Source: an uncultured Verrucomicrobiae bacterium
GTDB lineage: Bacteria > Verrucomicrobiota > Verrucomicrobiia > Chthoniobacterales > UBA10450
Length of the DNA: 64,000 bases
Reading direction: 5' to 3'
Assembly (NCBI GenBank): GCA_963756875.1
Contig: CAVWPA010000001.1
Span: forward strand, 256,001 to 320,000
In this document: piece by piece, positions 20,177 through 29,091 of the stretch
How the letters are laid out: each line of letters opens with the position of its first letter
Numbering within the stretch: position 1 is the first letter of the stretch
Made by a program: the position numbers and the translations under genes
The notes under the pieces: model-generated
The model's database searches: none
What the model was told of the DNA's origin: nothing
Seen by the model: the letters and a program-made list of their open reading frames with translations, nothing else

Positions 20177-20460
20177 CTTAATGCTCACTTGTCACGCCGT
20201 AGCCCGGCGTAGGCGGATGCTCTTGCTCCTGCTTTCCCCACAGGATAAGCAGGAATCTAACCGCGGATTACCCGCCTTCATTGAAAATTACGGCGTAACG
20301 CGAAAGGGAGGCCGGCCAGGACAGGCCGGGGCCCGAAAGACATTTCCGCTTATTCGCGTTCATTCGCGTATTTCGCGGGTAACTCTGCCTGCTTTCTTCT
20401 AATCGTAATCGTGCTCGCTCGATCAAGATCAAGAGCAGGATCAAGATCAGGAAATGAACA
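20177..20460. repeat. Cluster of 6-nt and 9-nt periodic repeats with nested small palindromes
   Basis: ATGCTC TTGCTC CTGCTT; ATTCGCGTTC ATTCGCGT; TAATCG TAATCG; TCAAGA TCAAGA GCAGGA TCAAGA TCAGGA. Confidence 0.7.
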
Positions 20461-20508
20461 AGACTTGCGGGAACCGATCCCCGATTTACCATCTTCAAAT
20501 AACTCCCC

Positions 20509-20592
20509 GCTCGGGTGGTGGAATGGCAGACACGTACGTTTGAGGGGCGTATGCCGAAAGGCATGCGGGTTCAAGTCCCGCCCCGAGCACCA
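20509..20592 (+). tRNA. tRNA-Leu(GAG)
   Basis: GCTCGGG/CCCGAGC acceptor stem, anticodon loop TT-GAG-GG, long variable arm, GGTTCAAGTCC, encoded CCA. Confidence 0.96.
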
Positions 20593-20886
20593 CCGCCGCC
20601 GCAGCTTCGCGGCGGAAATTCCAAATTCCAAGCTCCAACCTCCAATAGGAGCGGCGGCCTGTTCCGGAGGATTTCGGCCACCGAATGGTGATTTACAGCA
20701 TCTGCGCAAACTGCAAACCCAGCCCGACGGGTCCATATCCGCAGTGGGTGATCAAACTGGTCTGTTTCCCAGAGGAAGTGCAGGATTGATTTCTTCCATA
20801 AACTGAGCGAAAAAGAGGCCCGGAGAGCCTCTCAAAACACCCAGACAAACAGCCCGAAAATATTTTATGAAAAACGACGAATTTTC

Positions 20887-20915
20887 TTGCCTTTTTCGGA
20901 CGGACTTCATACGAT
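20887..20915 (+). promoter_or_regulatory. Putative sigma70 promoter
   Basis: TTGCCT-17 nt-TACGAT upstream of ATG 20942. Confidence 0.5.
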
Positions 20916-20941
20916 CCGCGCCACTGGTTAAACGGGTTCTC

Positions 20942-22036
20942 ATGCGGCGCTTTCTCACGGCTTTTCTCGTACTTGCGGCTGGCATTACTGTCGCCTCCGC
21001 CCAGACCGTTACCACCGATCCGGTGGGATTCGTCACGCCGTTTACCACAATGCCGAATCAGATTAACATGCTCGCGAATTCCGACACGCTGGTTTCGGTG
21101 CCTTTCACCCGAATCCCGGCATTCACGGGCGCCATTTCATCCGTTGCAGGGAATGTGATCACCGTGTCGGGCTCGCCGGGGTGGACGACCAGTCCCCAGC
21201 AATTTGTTTACGCTCAGGGCACTCAGCCGAATCATTATTATGTGCTGATTGGGCCCAGCGGAACGGCAGATCCCAAGGAGGGCCATACCTACATGGTCAC
21301 GGCCAACGGTTCCGATACGCTCACCGTCAACACGACTGGCGATGATTTGAGCGGAATCCCGGCAAACACGCAGCTACTGATTATTCCGTACTGGACACTT
21401 GGAACTGTTTTCCCGGCCAGTGACGCTGGGGTGTCCTTCATTGCGTCGCCTAACGCCTTAAGCCGACAAACGCAGATTCTCATCCCGAACTATTCTGGAA
21501 CTGGTATCAACTTATCGGCCGCCGCCACCTATTTCTTCTCTAACGGTGTTTGGCACACAACCGCGGATCCAGGTGGAGATCATGGTGACGATATTTTGGT
21601 CACTGACGGTTATTTTATTGTCAGAAATGCCGGCACCGGTACTACCCTCACCATGCTCGGTAGCGTCCTGACCAAAAAGGAGGCGACCCCGCTGTTCACG
21701 CGCACCAGTGGTCCGCAGGACAACTTCGTTTCCGTGATCCGGCCGGTTGATGTCAGTCTCAACGATCTCGGTCTCATCAGTAGTGGCGCGTTTGCTTCGA
21801 GTCCCAACGCATTGAATCGAACCGATCAACTTTTCGTGTTTAACAACGCTGCCACTGGAATTAACAAATCTGCTGCCACGACGTACTTCTATTCTAACGG
21901 CGCTTGGCACACGACCGCAGACACTAGCGGAGACCACGGCTCGGACCTAATTAAGGCAGGGGCTGGATTTATCATCCGGAAAGCCGCTACCGGTAATGGT
22001 GCCGCGCAGTATTGGACCAATGCTCCGACCTACTAA
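20942..22036 (+). CDS. TIGR02597-family verrucomicrobial secreted protein
   Basis: Signal peptide followed by TTDPVGF; IPYWTLGTVFP; two-fold internal repeat. Confidence 0.8.
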   Translation: MRRFLTAFLVLAAGITVASAQTVTTDPVGFVTPFTTMPNQINMLANSDTLVSVPFTRIPAFTGAISSVAGNVITVSGSPGWTTSPQQFVYAQGTQPNHYYVLIGPSGTADPKEGHTYMVTANGSDTLTVNTTGDDLSGIPANTQLLIIPYWTLGTVFPASDAGVSFIASPNALSRQTQILIPNYSGTGINLSAAATYFFSNGVWHTTADPGGDHGDDILVTDGYFIVRNAGTGTTLTMLGSVLTKKEATPLFTRTSGPQDNFVSVIRPVDVSLNDLGLISSGAFASSPNALNRTDQLFVFNNAATGINKSAATTYFYSNGAWHTTADTSGDHGSDLIKAGAGFIIRKAATGNGAAQYWTNAPTY

Positions 22037-22073
22037 ACAAATTTGCCAAAACAGAGAACTGCACATTCACAAT

Positions 22074-22697
22074 ATGAAACTCAAAGGTATCCTCGCTATC
22101 GTAACATTAGTGGTCAGCTCGCTTGCCGCTTCCGCTAGTGTAACGATCAATCTTGGCGGCGCCGAACTGTTCCAAACTGACGGCAGTACGCCGATTCCGA
22201 CTGGATCATTAATTCAGCTGGTCGCTAGCACAACAGACAATACTTTCACGTCTCCCTCACCCGCCAGCTTCACGGGCGGTTCTGCGGATGACATCGTCCT
22301 CGCGAGCTTCGGCAGTAACGATCCTGCCGGTCCGGGCAGCTTCTTGAACTCCATCACGTTCGATTTGAGCGGCAACCTTAATGCTGGAGATCAGCTACTG
22401 CTCCGGTGGTGGCCGACATTGACCACGGCTTCTTCAAGCCCCGGTTTTAGCACTCCTTTTGGACAGTTCCGCACGGATGCGGTGGGAAGCGGCTCCGACA
22501 TCGCTTGGGTTGTGCCTACCGACGGGTCGACGGTCCAACTGAACTTTTTCGATCAAGCTTTCGGCGGCACCGAGCTTAATTCCGCCGGCACGGCCAGCCT
22601 TATGACGGCAGCGGCCATTCCGGAACCTTCTTCACTCGCTTTGCTGGGGTTTGGCATGCTACTGGTTCTAACTCGCCGTCGTGCTCAAAAAAGATAA
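22074..22697 (+). CDS. PEP-CTERM surface protein
   Basis: Signal peptide; C-terminal IPEPSS + TM + RRR. Confidence 0.9.
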   Translation: MKLKGILAIVTLVVSSLAASASVTINLGGAELFQTDGSTPIPTGSLIQLVASTTDNTFTSPSPASFTGGSADDIVLASFGSNDPAGPGSFLNSITFDLSGNLNAGDQLLLRWWPTLTTASSSPGFSTPFGQFRTDAVGSGSDIAWVVPTDGSTVQLNFFDQAFGGTELNSAGTASLMTAAAIPEPSSLALLGFGMLLVLTRRRAQKR

Positions 22698-23352
22698 ACC
22701 AACCGTTATCTCAAGAGTCGCCGGGGCATTGCTCGGTTTTACGGCCCTGCTGATGACTGCGGCACCGGTGGGGGCGACTGTCACGATCAACTTGGAGGCG
22801 GCAGTGCTGTTCCAGAGCGATGGCACTACTGCAATTCCGATGGATTCGTTGATTCAGCTAGTAGCCAGCACAACGGATAGCGCGGTTACACTTCCGTCGA
22901 CAACAAGCTTCACCGGCGGTTCAGCCGATGATGTCATCCTTGCCAGCTTCGGAAGCAACAATGCCGGTGGACCTGGAAGTTTCCTTCAGCCCATCATCTT
23001 TAGCCTTACTGGAAACCTCAATACTGGTGACGAACTGATGTTGCGCTGGTGGCCTTCGTTGACCGTTAGCTCATCGACCCCCGGAACGGGCGCCACCTTC
23101 GGACAGTTTAGGACTGACGCCGTGGAAAACGGTTCCAACATTGCTTGGGTTGTGCCCGCCGATGGCTCGACCGTGGACCTGAATTTCAAGGACTTGGCTT
23201 TTGGCGGCACGGAACCAAATTCGGCGGGCACAGCCAGCTTCAGCACGACGGCGGTTCCAGAGACGTCCACGGTCTTGTGCGCAGGCCTTTGCGCAGTGCT
23301 TCTGCTCGCTCACGCGGCGCGCCGCCGTCTAGTCGCTGCGAAGAAAACGTAA
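22681..23352 (+). CDS. PEP-CTERM-like surface protein (VPET variant), paralogue of the upstream gene
   Basis: Shares SLIQLVASTTD, FTGGSADD, LRWWP and FGQFRTDAV; ends AVPETST + TM + RRR. Confidence 0.85.
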   Translation: MLKKDKPTVISRVAGALLGFTALLMTAAPVGATVTINLEAAVLFQSDGTTAIPMDSLIQLVASTTDSAVTLPSTTSFTGGSADDVILASFGSNNAGGPGSFLQPIIFSLTGNLNTGDELMLRWWPSLTVSSSTPGTGATFGQFRTDAVENGSNIAWVVPADGSTVDLNFKDLAFGGTEPNSAGTASFSTTAVPETSTVLCAGLCAVLLLAHAARRRLVAAKKT

Positions 23353-23462
23353 GCCCGCTCGATTCTGGCCCCGGCGACTTTTCACGCGTTAATCTTGTAG
23401 CCTGGCCCGTTCCTGCTTGCCTGTTTTTGTGACTGCGTGATCGGCGGACCCAGAGTCAGGAT

Positions 23463-24243
23463 ATGAATATCAAAATTTCTCTCCTTGTCCTTTCTCTTGG
23501 AGCAGCGCTTGCCGGCGCGATCTTCGCCGAATCCAACATCGTCGCCGAAGACGACGCCAGCGACTCCGCTTACAAGCGGCGGCTGGGACAATAGTAAGAA
23601 TGGCGGACACGGCTTCAGTAACTGGACGCTCACCACCGACGGCAACGACAACGAACGCCATTCCGGTTTTTACATTGCCGACGTCAAAAACAACGCGGAC
23701 CTGAACAGGGTCGCAAAAAATGACAAGGCATTCGGCGTTTTTGCCAACGGTTTCGGCTTCGAACAGGCCGTTGGTTATCGTGGCTTCGAAAAACCGCTCC
23801 AGGTCGGCGATTCTTTTTCGTTCATGATGGAGAACGGAACTTTCGTGAAAAAGTTCGACCAGGATGACCCGACGCCGGGATCAATCGGCCTCACTCTCCG
23901 CAGCGGCAACGCGAATTCGTCCGTCGCCGATTACAACAAGGACGTGATCCTTGAGTTCGGTTATTACCAGGGCAAAAATAATTACCAAATCTACGATGGG
24001 ACCGAAAATGCAGATTCGGGCGTCGCTTTTGTCGATTCGGGCATTTCGGTGACCGTGACGATTACCGGCCCCGATACCTACGACCTCGAAATACAAACGA
24101 TGGGCGACAAAAAAGTGACCAAGCTTCCGGGACGGAAATTGAAAAGCAGCTCGCCCATCGAAAGCTTCGCCATCTTCGACCGCAACGGAGAAAGATACGA
24201 CGCCTTCTTCAACCAATTTCAGGTCAGCCATGAATCAAAATGA
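23463..24243 (+). CDS. Secreted protein with an unassigned domain ('domain X'); 1-nt frameshift near 23574
   Basis: MNIKISLLVLSLGAALAGAIFA signal peptide then EDDASDSAY/SGGWDN...; homologous to 44120..44915. Confidence 0.75.
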
Positions 24244-24257
24244 TTCGTGGCTGAAAG

Positions 24258-24680
24258 CGCCAAATCCCAAAACCCAAATTCCAGGGAAGCTCCAACAATC
24301 CAAACCTCAAAAAGCGCGCGATGCTGTCGTTGCTATTGGACATTGAAGTTTGGAACTTTCTTGGGGCTTGGCGCTTGGAACATGGAGCATTTTCACGCCG
24401 GCGTGACCCAGGTTTAGAGCGCAAATGTTGTAGCCACGGCCCTGCGGGCCGTCTTCGCATGTGCGACTATCAGGAACAGACCGGCCACAGGCCGGTGGCT
24501 ACAGCGGCATTTTCACACCGGCGTGAAAAGCTCCGAGTTCCAAATCCCAAGCACCAAGTCCCAAGGAAGCACTAAGCTTCAAACATCAAGCGCCAATCAG
24601 ATGGGCGCCGGCTGCTGGATTTTGCTGATTGGAATTTGAAGCTTCCCTGGTGCTTGGTGGTTGGAACTTGGAGCTTTAGC
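24258..24680. repeat. Composite: two inverted 7-nt-repeat elements around a TGTAGCCACGG REP
   Basis: CCAAATC/CCAAGCA-type tracts facing TTGG-type tracts; REP at 24428-24504 flanked by direct repeat CATTTTCAC(G/A)CCGGCGTGA. Confidence 0.8.
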
Positions 24681-24745
24681 TGAGGCGGCACACGAATCGA
24701 ATTTCGCTTCAAAATAAGCGACGACTGTGAGCTAATACTACTAGT

Positions 24746-26141
24746 GTGATTAAACCGCGCCTCAGCTTCTGGCAGATCTGGAACATGAGTTTCGGATTCC
24801 TCGGCATCCAGTTCGGCTGGGGTTTGCAGATGGCTAACATGAGTCCCATCTACAAATACCTCGGCGCAAGTGACGAGCAGATCCCTCTTCTTTGGCTCGC
24901 TGCGCCGCTCACCGGATTCATCGTGCAACCGATCATCGGCGCGATGAGCGATCGCACCTGGGGACCGCTCGGCCGGCGGCGGCCATACTTCCTCGCAGGC
25001 GCAATTCTCAGCTCGCTTGCCCTGGTCCTCATGCCGAACTCGGGCACGCTCTGGATGGCAGCCGGTCTTCTCTGGATCCTCGACGCTTCCATCAACATTT
25101 CGATGGAACCGTTCCGCGCGTTTGTGGCCGATAATCTGAACGAACACCAGCGCGCCACCGGGTTCACCATGCAAAGTTTTTTCATCGGAGTCGGTGCGGT
25201 AATCGCAGGCATCCTTCCATGGGTTCTGAAACATTGGTTTGCAGTAAGCAACGAAACTGGTGGCACGACGGCCATCCCGCCCAACGTGAAGATCGCGTTC
25301 TATGCCGGTGCAGCCGCTTTTTTCGGCGCGGTGCTTTGGACCATTTGCACCTCGGGTGAGTATCCTCCGGAGGATTTGGCTGCGTTCCGTCGCAAACGAT
25401 CGGAACGCAGCGGGCTCGCCCATCTGGTTCGGGAAATTCCCGATGCGTTGCGCGAGATGCCGCGAACGATGAAGTGGCTGGCCCTCGTCCAGTTCTTCAC
25501 ATGGCTGGGGTTATTTTGCATGTGGCTCCATTTTTCAAACGCTGTTCCCGTCGTCTTCGGCGCTACCGACACGAATTCGCCGCTTTTTAAGGCCGGCGCG
25601 GAATGGGCCGGCGTTTGTTACGCGCTCAAAGATGGCGTCACGTTTGTTGCGGCATTCGCGCTGATGGCTTCGAGCGTACCGTTTCGACCGCCGGCATATT
25701 CATTCTATTTGCCTGACGCTCGGAGCTCTCGGCCTTCTCAGTATCGGTTTCATCCACGGCGAATCGCAGAAGGATTGGTTGTTAGGCTCGCTAGCCCTCG
25801 GCGGCGTCGCATGGGCCTCGATTCTCTCGATGCCTTACGCCATGCTCGCCAGTGCGCTTCCGCCTCAGCGCATGGGCGTTTACATGGGCATTTTTAACTT
25901 CTTCATTGTTCTGCCCGAAATTATCGCCGCGCTGACTTTCGGTCCGCTGGTGAAAAATTTCCTGGGCGGCAATCTCGTTCATGCGGTCATGGCCGGCGGC
26001 GTCTTCATGCTGCTGGCGGCAGTCATCACCCTTTTTGTTCCTTACACTCAGCTGGCAACAGAGCGGCTGGAGGAAGTCGCGGAAGAAGAAGGCATGTTGC
26101 CGACCGCCACCCCGCCCGAAACCCCGATCGTTTCCGAGTAG
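24746..26141 (+). CDS. MFS sugar (maltose/sucrose-type, SLC45/MalT-like) transporter; frameshift near 25680
   Basis: [59 protein letters not shown]. Confidence 0.88.
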
Positions 26142-26157
26142 TCACTGCTAACGTGGC

Positions 26158-29028
26158 ATGATCGTCCCTCCTCGGCCTGCCGCCCCAGGCATTTGCAAAC
26201 GTAAACCCAAGGGTAATATGGAACGCGCCACTACCGCGATGGCATGTAATGTGACCGATGTTCCGTGGGGCGCACGCGCCCTCGCGTGCTCGTTTCGGCG
26301 CCCTGGCCGAAACGTCTCCCTGCAAAGTTCGCAATGGCGGGGGCGCCATTGCCAGCACGCGAGGCGCGTGCGCTCCCCGGAATTCGCGGCGAGGGCAGGC
26401 GCCGGTGCCACACGCGTTGCTGGATTTATCGGTATTGTTCTGTTTGCATCGGTGGGCATGTCTGCTGGCGAGAGCTTGCACACACAAATCATTTCCGGAT
26501 CGGCCGGCGCGAAAATCACGCTTTCCGTCTCCGATGCCGATTTTTCGATCGAATATCGAGCGCCGTATTTGGTTACGGGCAAGAGCGCTGTTTATGTCGC
26601 GCTTGGAACGCATCGCGAGATTGGCTCCGCAGTGATTCCATTTCAACGCAATCAGGAGGGTTCGACCGTTTTTCTTCCGTTCAAAGCCGATTTGCTTGCT
26701 TATGCGAGGTCGGGTTCCTGTCTCGAGCGAAAATGGGAAAAATGGAAATGGAACGAGGCTAAAAGTTCGACCGCTAACCACGTCGAGACCGGAGAGGGAA
26801 CATGTACATTGCGACTTCCACGCTCTCAATTTGGCGACGCGAAAACGGTCGATTGCGCGATCTACGCAAAGGACCTCTCTCAAAACGATGGCTGGGGAAC
26901 ATTTCTGGGCTGCAGCGATCCCGCTGTCGAGCCGGGAACGGGCGACAGATACATTCCGCACTATCTCGAGATCAATCTCGATCCTGGTAGGGACGCCGCG
27001 CTGCGGGGTCCGGTCGGCGCAGCGCGCCGACCCTACCAATTCGCGGTGCAACGAGCGCGTCTTGGCGGGACGAAGCTCAGGATTTATCAATTGTTCGTCC
27101 GTTTGTTCGGAAATACGAACGAGAACAGAAAAGAAGACGGCACCATCGCGGAGAACGGTGTTGGGAAATTCAACGATATCAATGACGCGGCGCTAAGATC
27201 GTTGCACGATTTGGGCTTCAGCTGCATCTGGCTGACCGGAGTTTTGCAGCAAGCCACCGCCACGGATTACTCGAGCATCGGTCAACCGGCGGACGATCCC
27301 GATCTGCTCAAAGGACTGGCCGGAAGTCCGTATGCCATCAAGGACTACTTCGACGTGTGCCCGGATTACGCGCGGGACCCGGCGAAACGTCTTGATGAAT
27401 TCAAGGCGCTCCTGAACCGCATCCACAAGCACGGCATGAAAGCGGTGATCGATTTCGTTCCGAATCATGTGGCGCGCAGCTACAGTTCCGATGTAAAGCC
27501 GGAGCTAAACTTCGGCACGAAAGGCAATAACGGCGCGGGCGACGACACTTCGATTTTTTTCGCGCCTCAGAACAATTTCTTCTATTTGAAACCGGATGCG
27601 AGCGGCCCTCCGCTTCACCTGCCGAGTTGCAAAAACGGCGAGCCGATCAGCCCAACCTGCAAAGCAATCGCGAAGCTTGGAGGGACGACCGAAGCCAGCC
27701 CGCCGGGGCGGGTGTCGTCCCAAGATTTGGGACGGGACAGCGCCCGTCCCTCCACGTGTGACGGCTTGTTCGATGGCGAAATGAAATTTGGCCGCGTAAC
27801 AGGCAACAACGTCGTGAGTTGGACGCCGTCGATCAACGATTGGTACGAAACTGTTAAACTCAATTACGGTTACGATTTCACCGGTGGCTCAAACGGCGCG
27901 CGCGAATATCCAAACGCGGTCACACCCGACAAAGCGGTTCCCGATACCTGGAAAAAAATGGACCAAGTCCTTGCGCATTGGCAATCAATGGGGGTCGACG
28001 GATTTCGCTGCGACATGTCGCACATGGTTCCCCCCGCGTTTTGGAACTGGGCGATCGCCAAGGCGCGCGCGCGGAATCCCGATGTGATCTTTATCGGGGA
28101 GGCTTACGACAACGACCCGGCCAAGGTTCCGGGCGTCGATCCGGTCATTTCCCAACTTCAGGGCGGGAAATCGAACGTCATGTTCTATTTGCTCGATGCG
28201 GGATTTAACGGCGTCTACGACGATCCAACTTATCGCGCGATCAAGAAAATCTATGAAGGTCCGGGATGGGCGAACGATATCGATGCAGCGCGTCCGGACG
28301 ACTTCATTTTCGAGAACTCGATACGTTACGCCGAAAACCATGATGAAGTTCGGCTGGCGGCCAAGTCGCAATGGGGCGGAGTTGGGAGACAAGCGGGCCC
28401 GGCGATTTGCGCAATCCTTTATGGACTCTCGCGAGGGCCGGTCATGCTTTACAACGGCCAGGAAGTGGGCGAGCCGGGCGAGGGGATCGAAGGCTTCGGC
28501 AGCAGCGACGCGCGCACTTCCATTTTCGATTATTGGTCGATGCCGGAAATGGTGAAATGGGTGAACGATCACAAATACGACGGAGGCCGCCTCTCGCAGG
28601 AACAGAAACAACTTCGCTCTGCTTATGGTCGTTTGATGAATCTGCTAAGCCAGCCGGCGTTCCGCAATGGCATCTGTATTCCGCTGAATGCGACCAATCG
28701 GGACAATCCGGATTACGGCCGGTTGCCTAACGAACAACCAAGCGGTCACTGGTTATACAGTTTTCTGCGATACGATGTGCAAAGTGGCCAGAGGTTTTTA
28801 GTCGCAGTCAATCTTCATCCCACGACTGCGCTCAAAGACATTCATGTCCGTCTTCCGGACACGATATTTGCCAAACAAGACCGGCAAACGCATGTCCGGG
28901 TGGTGGACCGTTTGAATCCCACTCCGCTTGCCGACATCATATCGACGATCGGATTTTTGCAGGATTCAGGAGTTCCCATTGCAGAGCTGCCCCCTCTGAG
29001 CGTAGCGTATCTCGAGTTGAAGCTGTAG
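26158..29028 (+). CDS. GH13 alpha-amylase-family protein (start uncertain; signal-like stretch near 26410-26465)
   Basis: IYQLFVRLFGN, GSPYAIKDY, DFVPNH, DGFRCD, IGEAY, ENHDE: catalytic D/E/D present. Confidence 0.9.
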   Translation: MIVPPRPAAPGICKRKPKGNMERATTAMACNVTDVPWGARALACSFRRPGRNVSLQSSQWRGRHCQHARRVRSPEFAARAGAGATRVAGFIGIVLFASVGMSAGESLHTQIISGSAGAKITLSVSDADFSIEYRAPYLVTGKSAVYVALGTHREIGSAVIPFQRNQEGSTVFLPFKADLLAYARSGSCLERKWEKWKWNEAKSSTANHVETGEGTCTLRLPRSQFGDAKTVDCAIYAKDLSQNDGWGTFLGCSDPAVEPGTGDRYIPHYLEINLDPGRDAALRGPVGAARRPYQFAVQRARLGGTKLRIYQLFVRLFGNTNENRKEDGTIAENGVGKFNDINDAALRSLHDLGFSCIWLTGVLQQATATDYSSIGQPADDPDLLKGLAGSPYAIKDYFDVCPDYARDPAKRLDEFKALLNRIHKHGMKAVIDFVPNHVARSYSSDVKPELNFGTKGNNGAGDDTSIFFAPQNNFFYLKPDASGPPLHLPSCKNGEPISPTCKAIAKLGGTTEASPPGRVSSQDLGRDSARPSTCDGLFDGEMKFGRVTGNNVVSWTPSINDWYETVKLNYGYDFTGGSNGAREYPNAVTPDKAVPDTWKKMDQVLAHWQSMGVDGFRCDMSHMVPPAFWNWAIAKARARNPDVIFIGEAYDNDPAKVPGVDPVISQLQGGKSNVMFYLLDAGFNGVYDDPTYRAIKKIYEGPGWANDIDAARPDDFIFENSIRYAENHDEVRLAAKSQWGGVGRQAGPAICAILYGLSRGPVMLYNGQEVGEPGEGIEGFGSSDARTSIFDYWSMPEMVKWVNDHKYDGGRLSQEQKQLRSAYGRLMNLLSQPAFRNGICIPLNATNRDNPDYGRLPNEQPSGHWLYSFLRYDVQSGQRFLVAVNLHPTTALKDIHVRLPDTIFAKQDRQTHVRVVDRLNPTPLADIISTIGFLQDSGVPIAELPPLSVAYLELKL
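26266..26379. repeat. GGGAGCGCACGCG-family palindromic element
   Basis: GGGGCGCACGCGCCCTCGCGTG...CACGCGAGGCGCGTGCGCTCCCC. Confidence 0.8.
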
Positions 29029-29083
29029 AGGCAGGCGTGTCGCCTGCATCTTCGGCTCGCAGCCGACACGGCTGCCGCTACAG
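29023..29083. repeat. REP-like doublet between convergent GH13 genes
   Basis: CTGTAGAGGCAGGCGTGTCGCCTGC...GCAGCCGACACGGCTGCCGCTACAG; its TAG is the upstream stop codon. Confidence 0.85.
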
Positions 29084-29091
29084 AAGAATGC

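Noticed and set aside
20509..23400. Genomic island integrated at tRNA-Leu(GAG)
   Set aside because: No integrase and no duplicated tRNA 3' end seen; the same holds for tRNA-Leu(CAA).
24258..24680. CRISPR array
   Set aside because: No constant 25-45-nt repeats with unique spacers and no cas genes; the units are 7-nt degenerate tandems.
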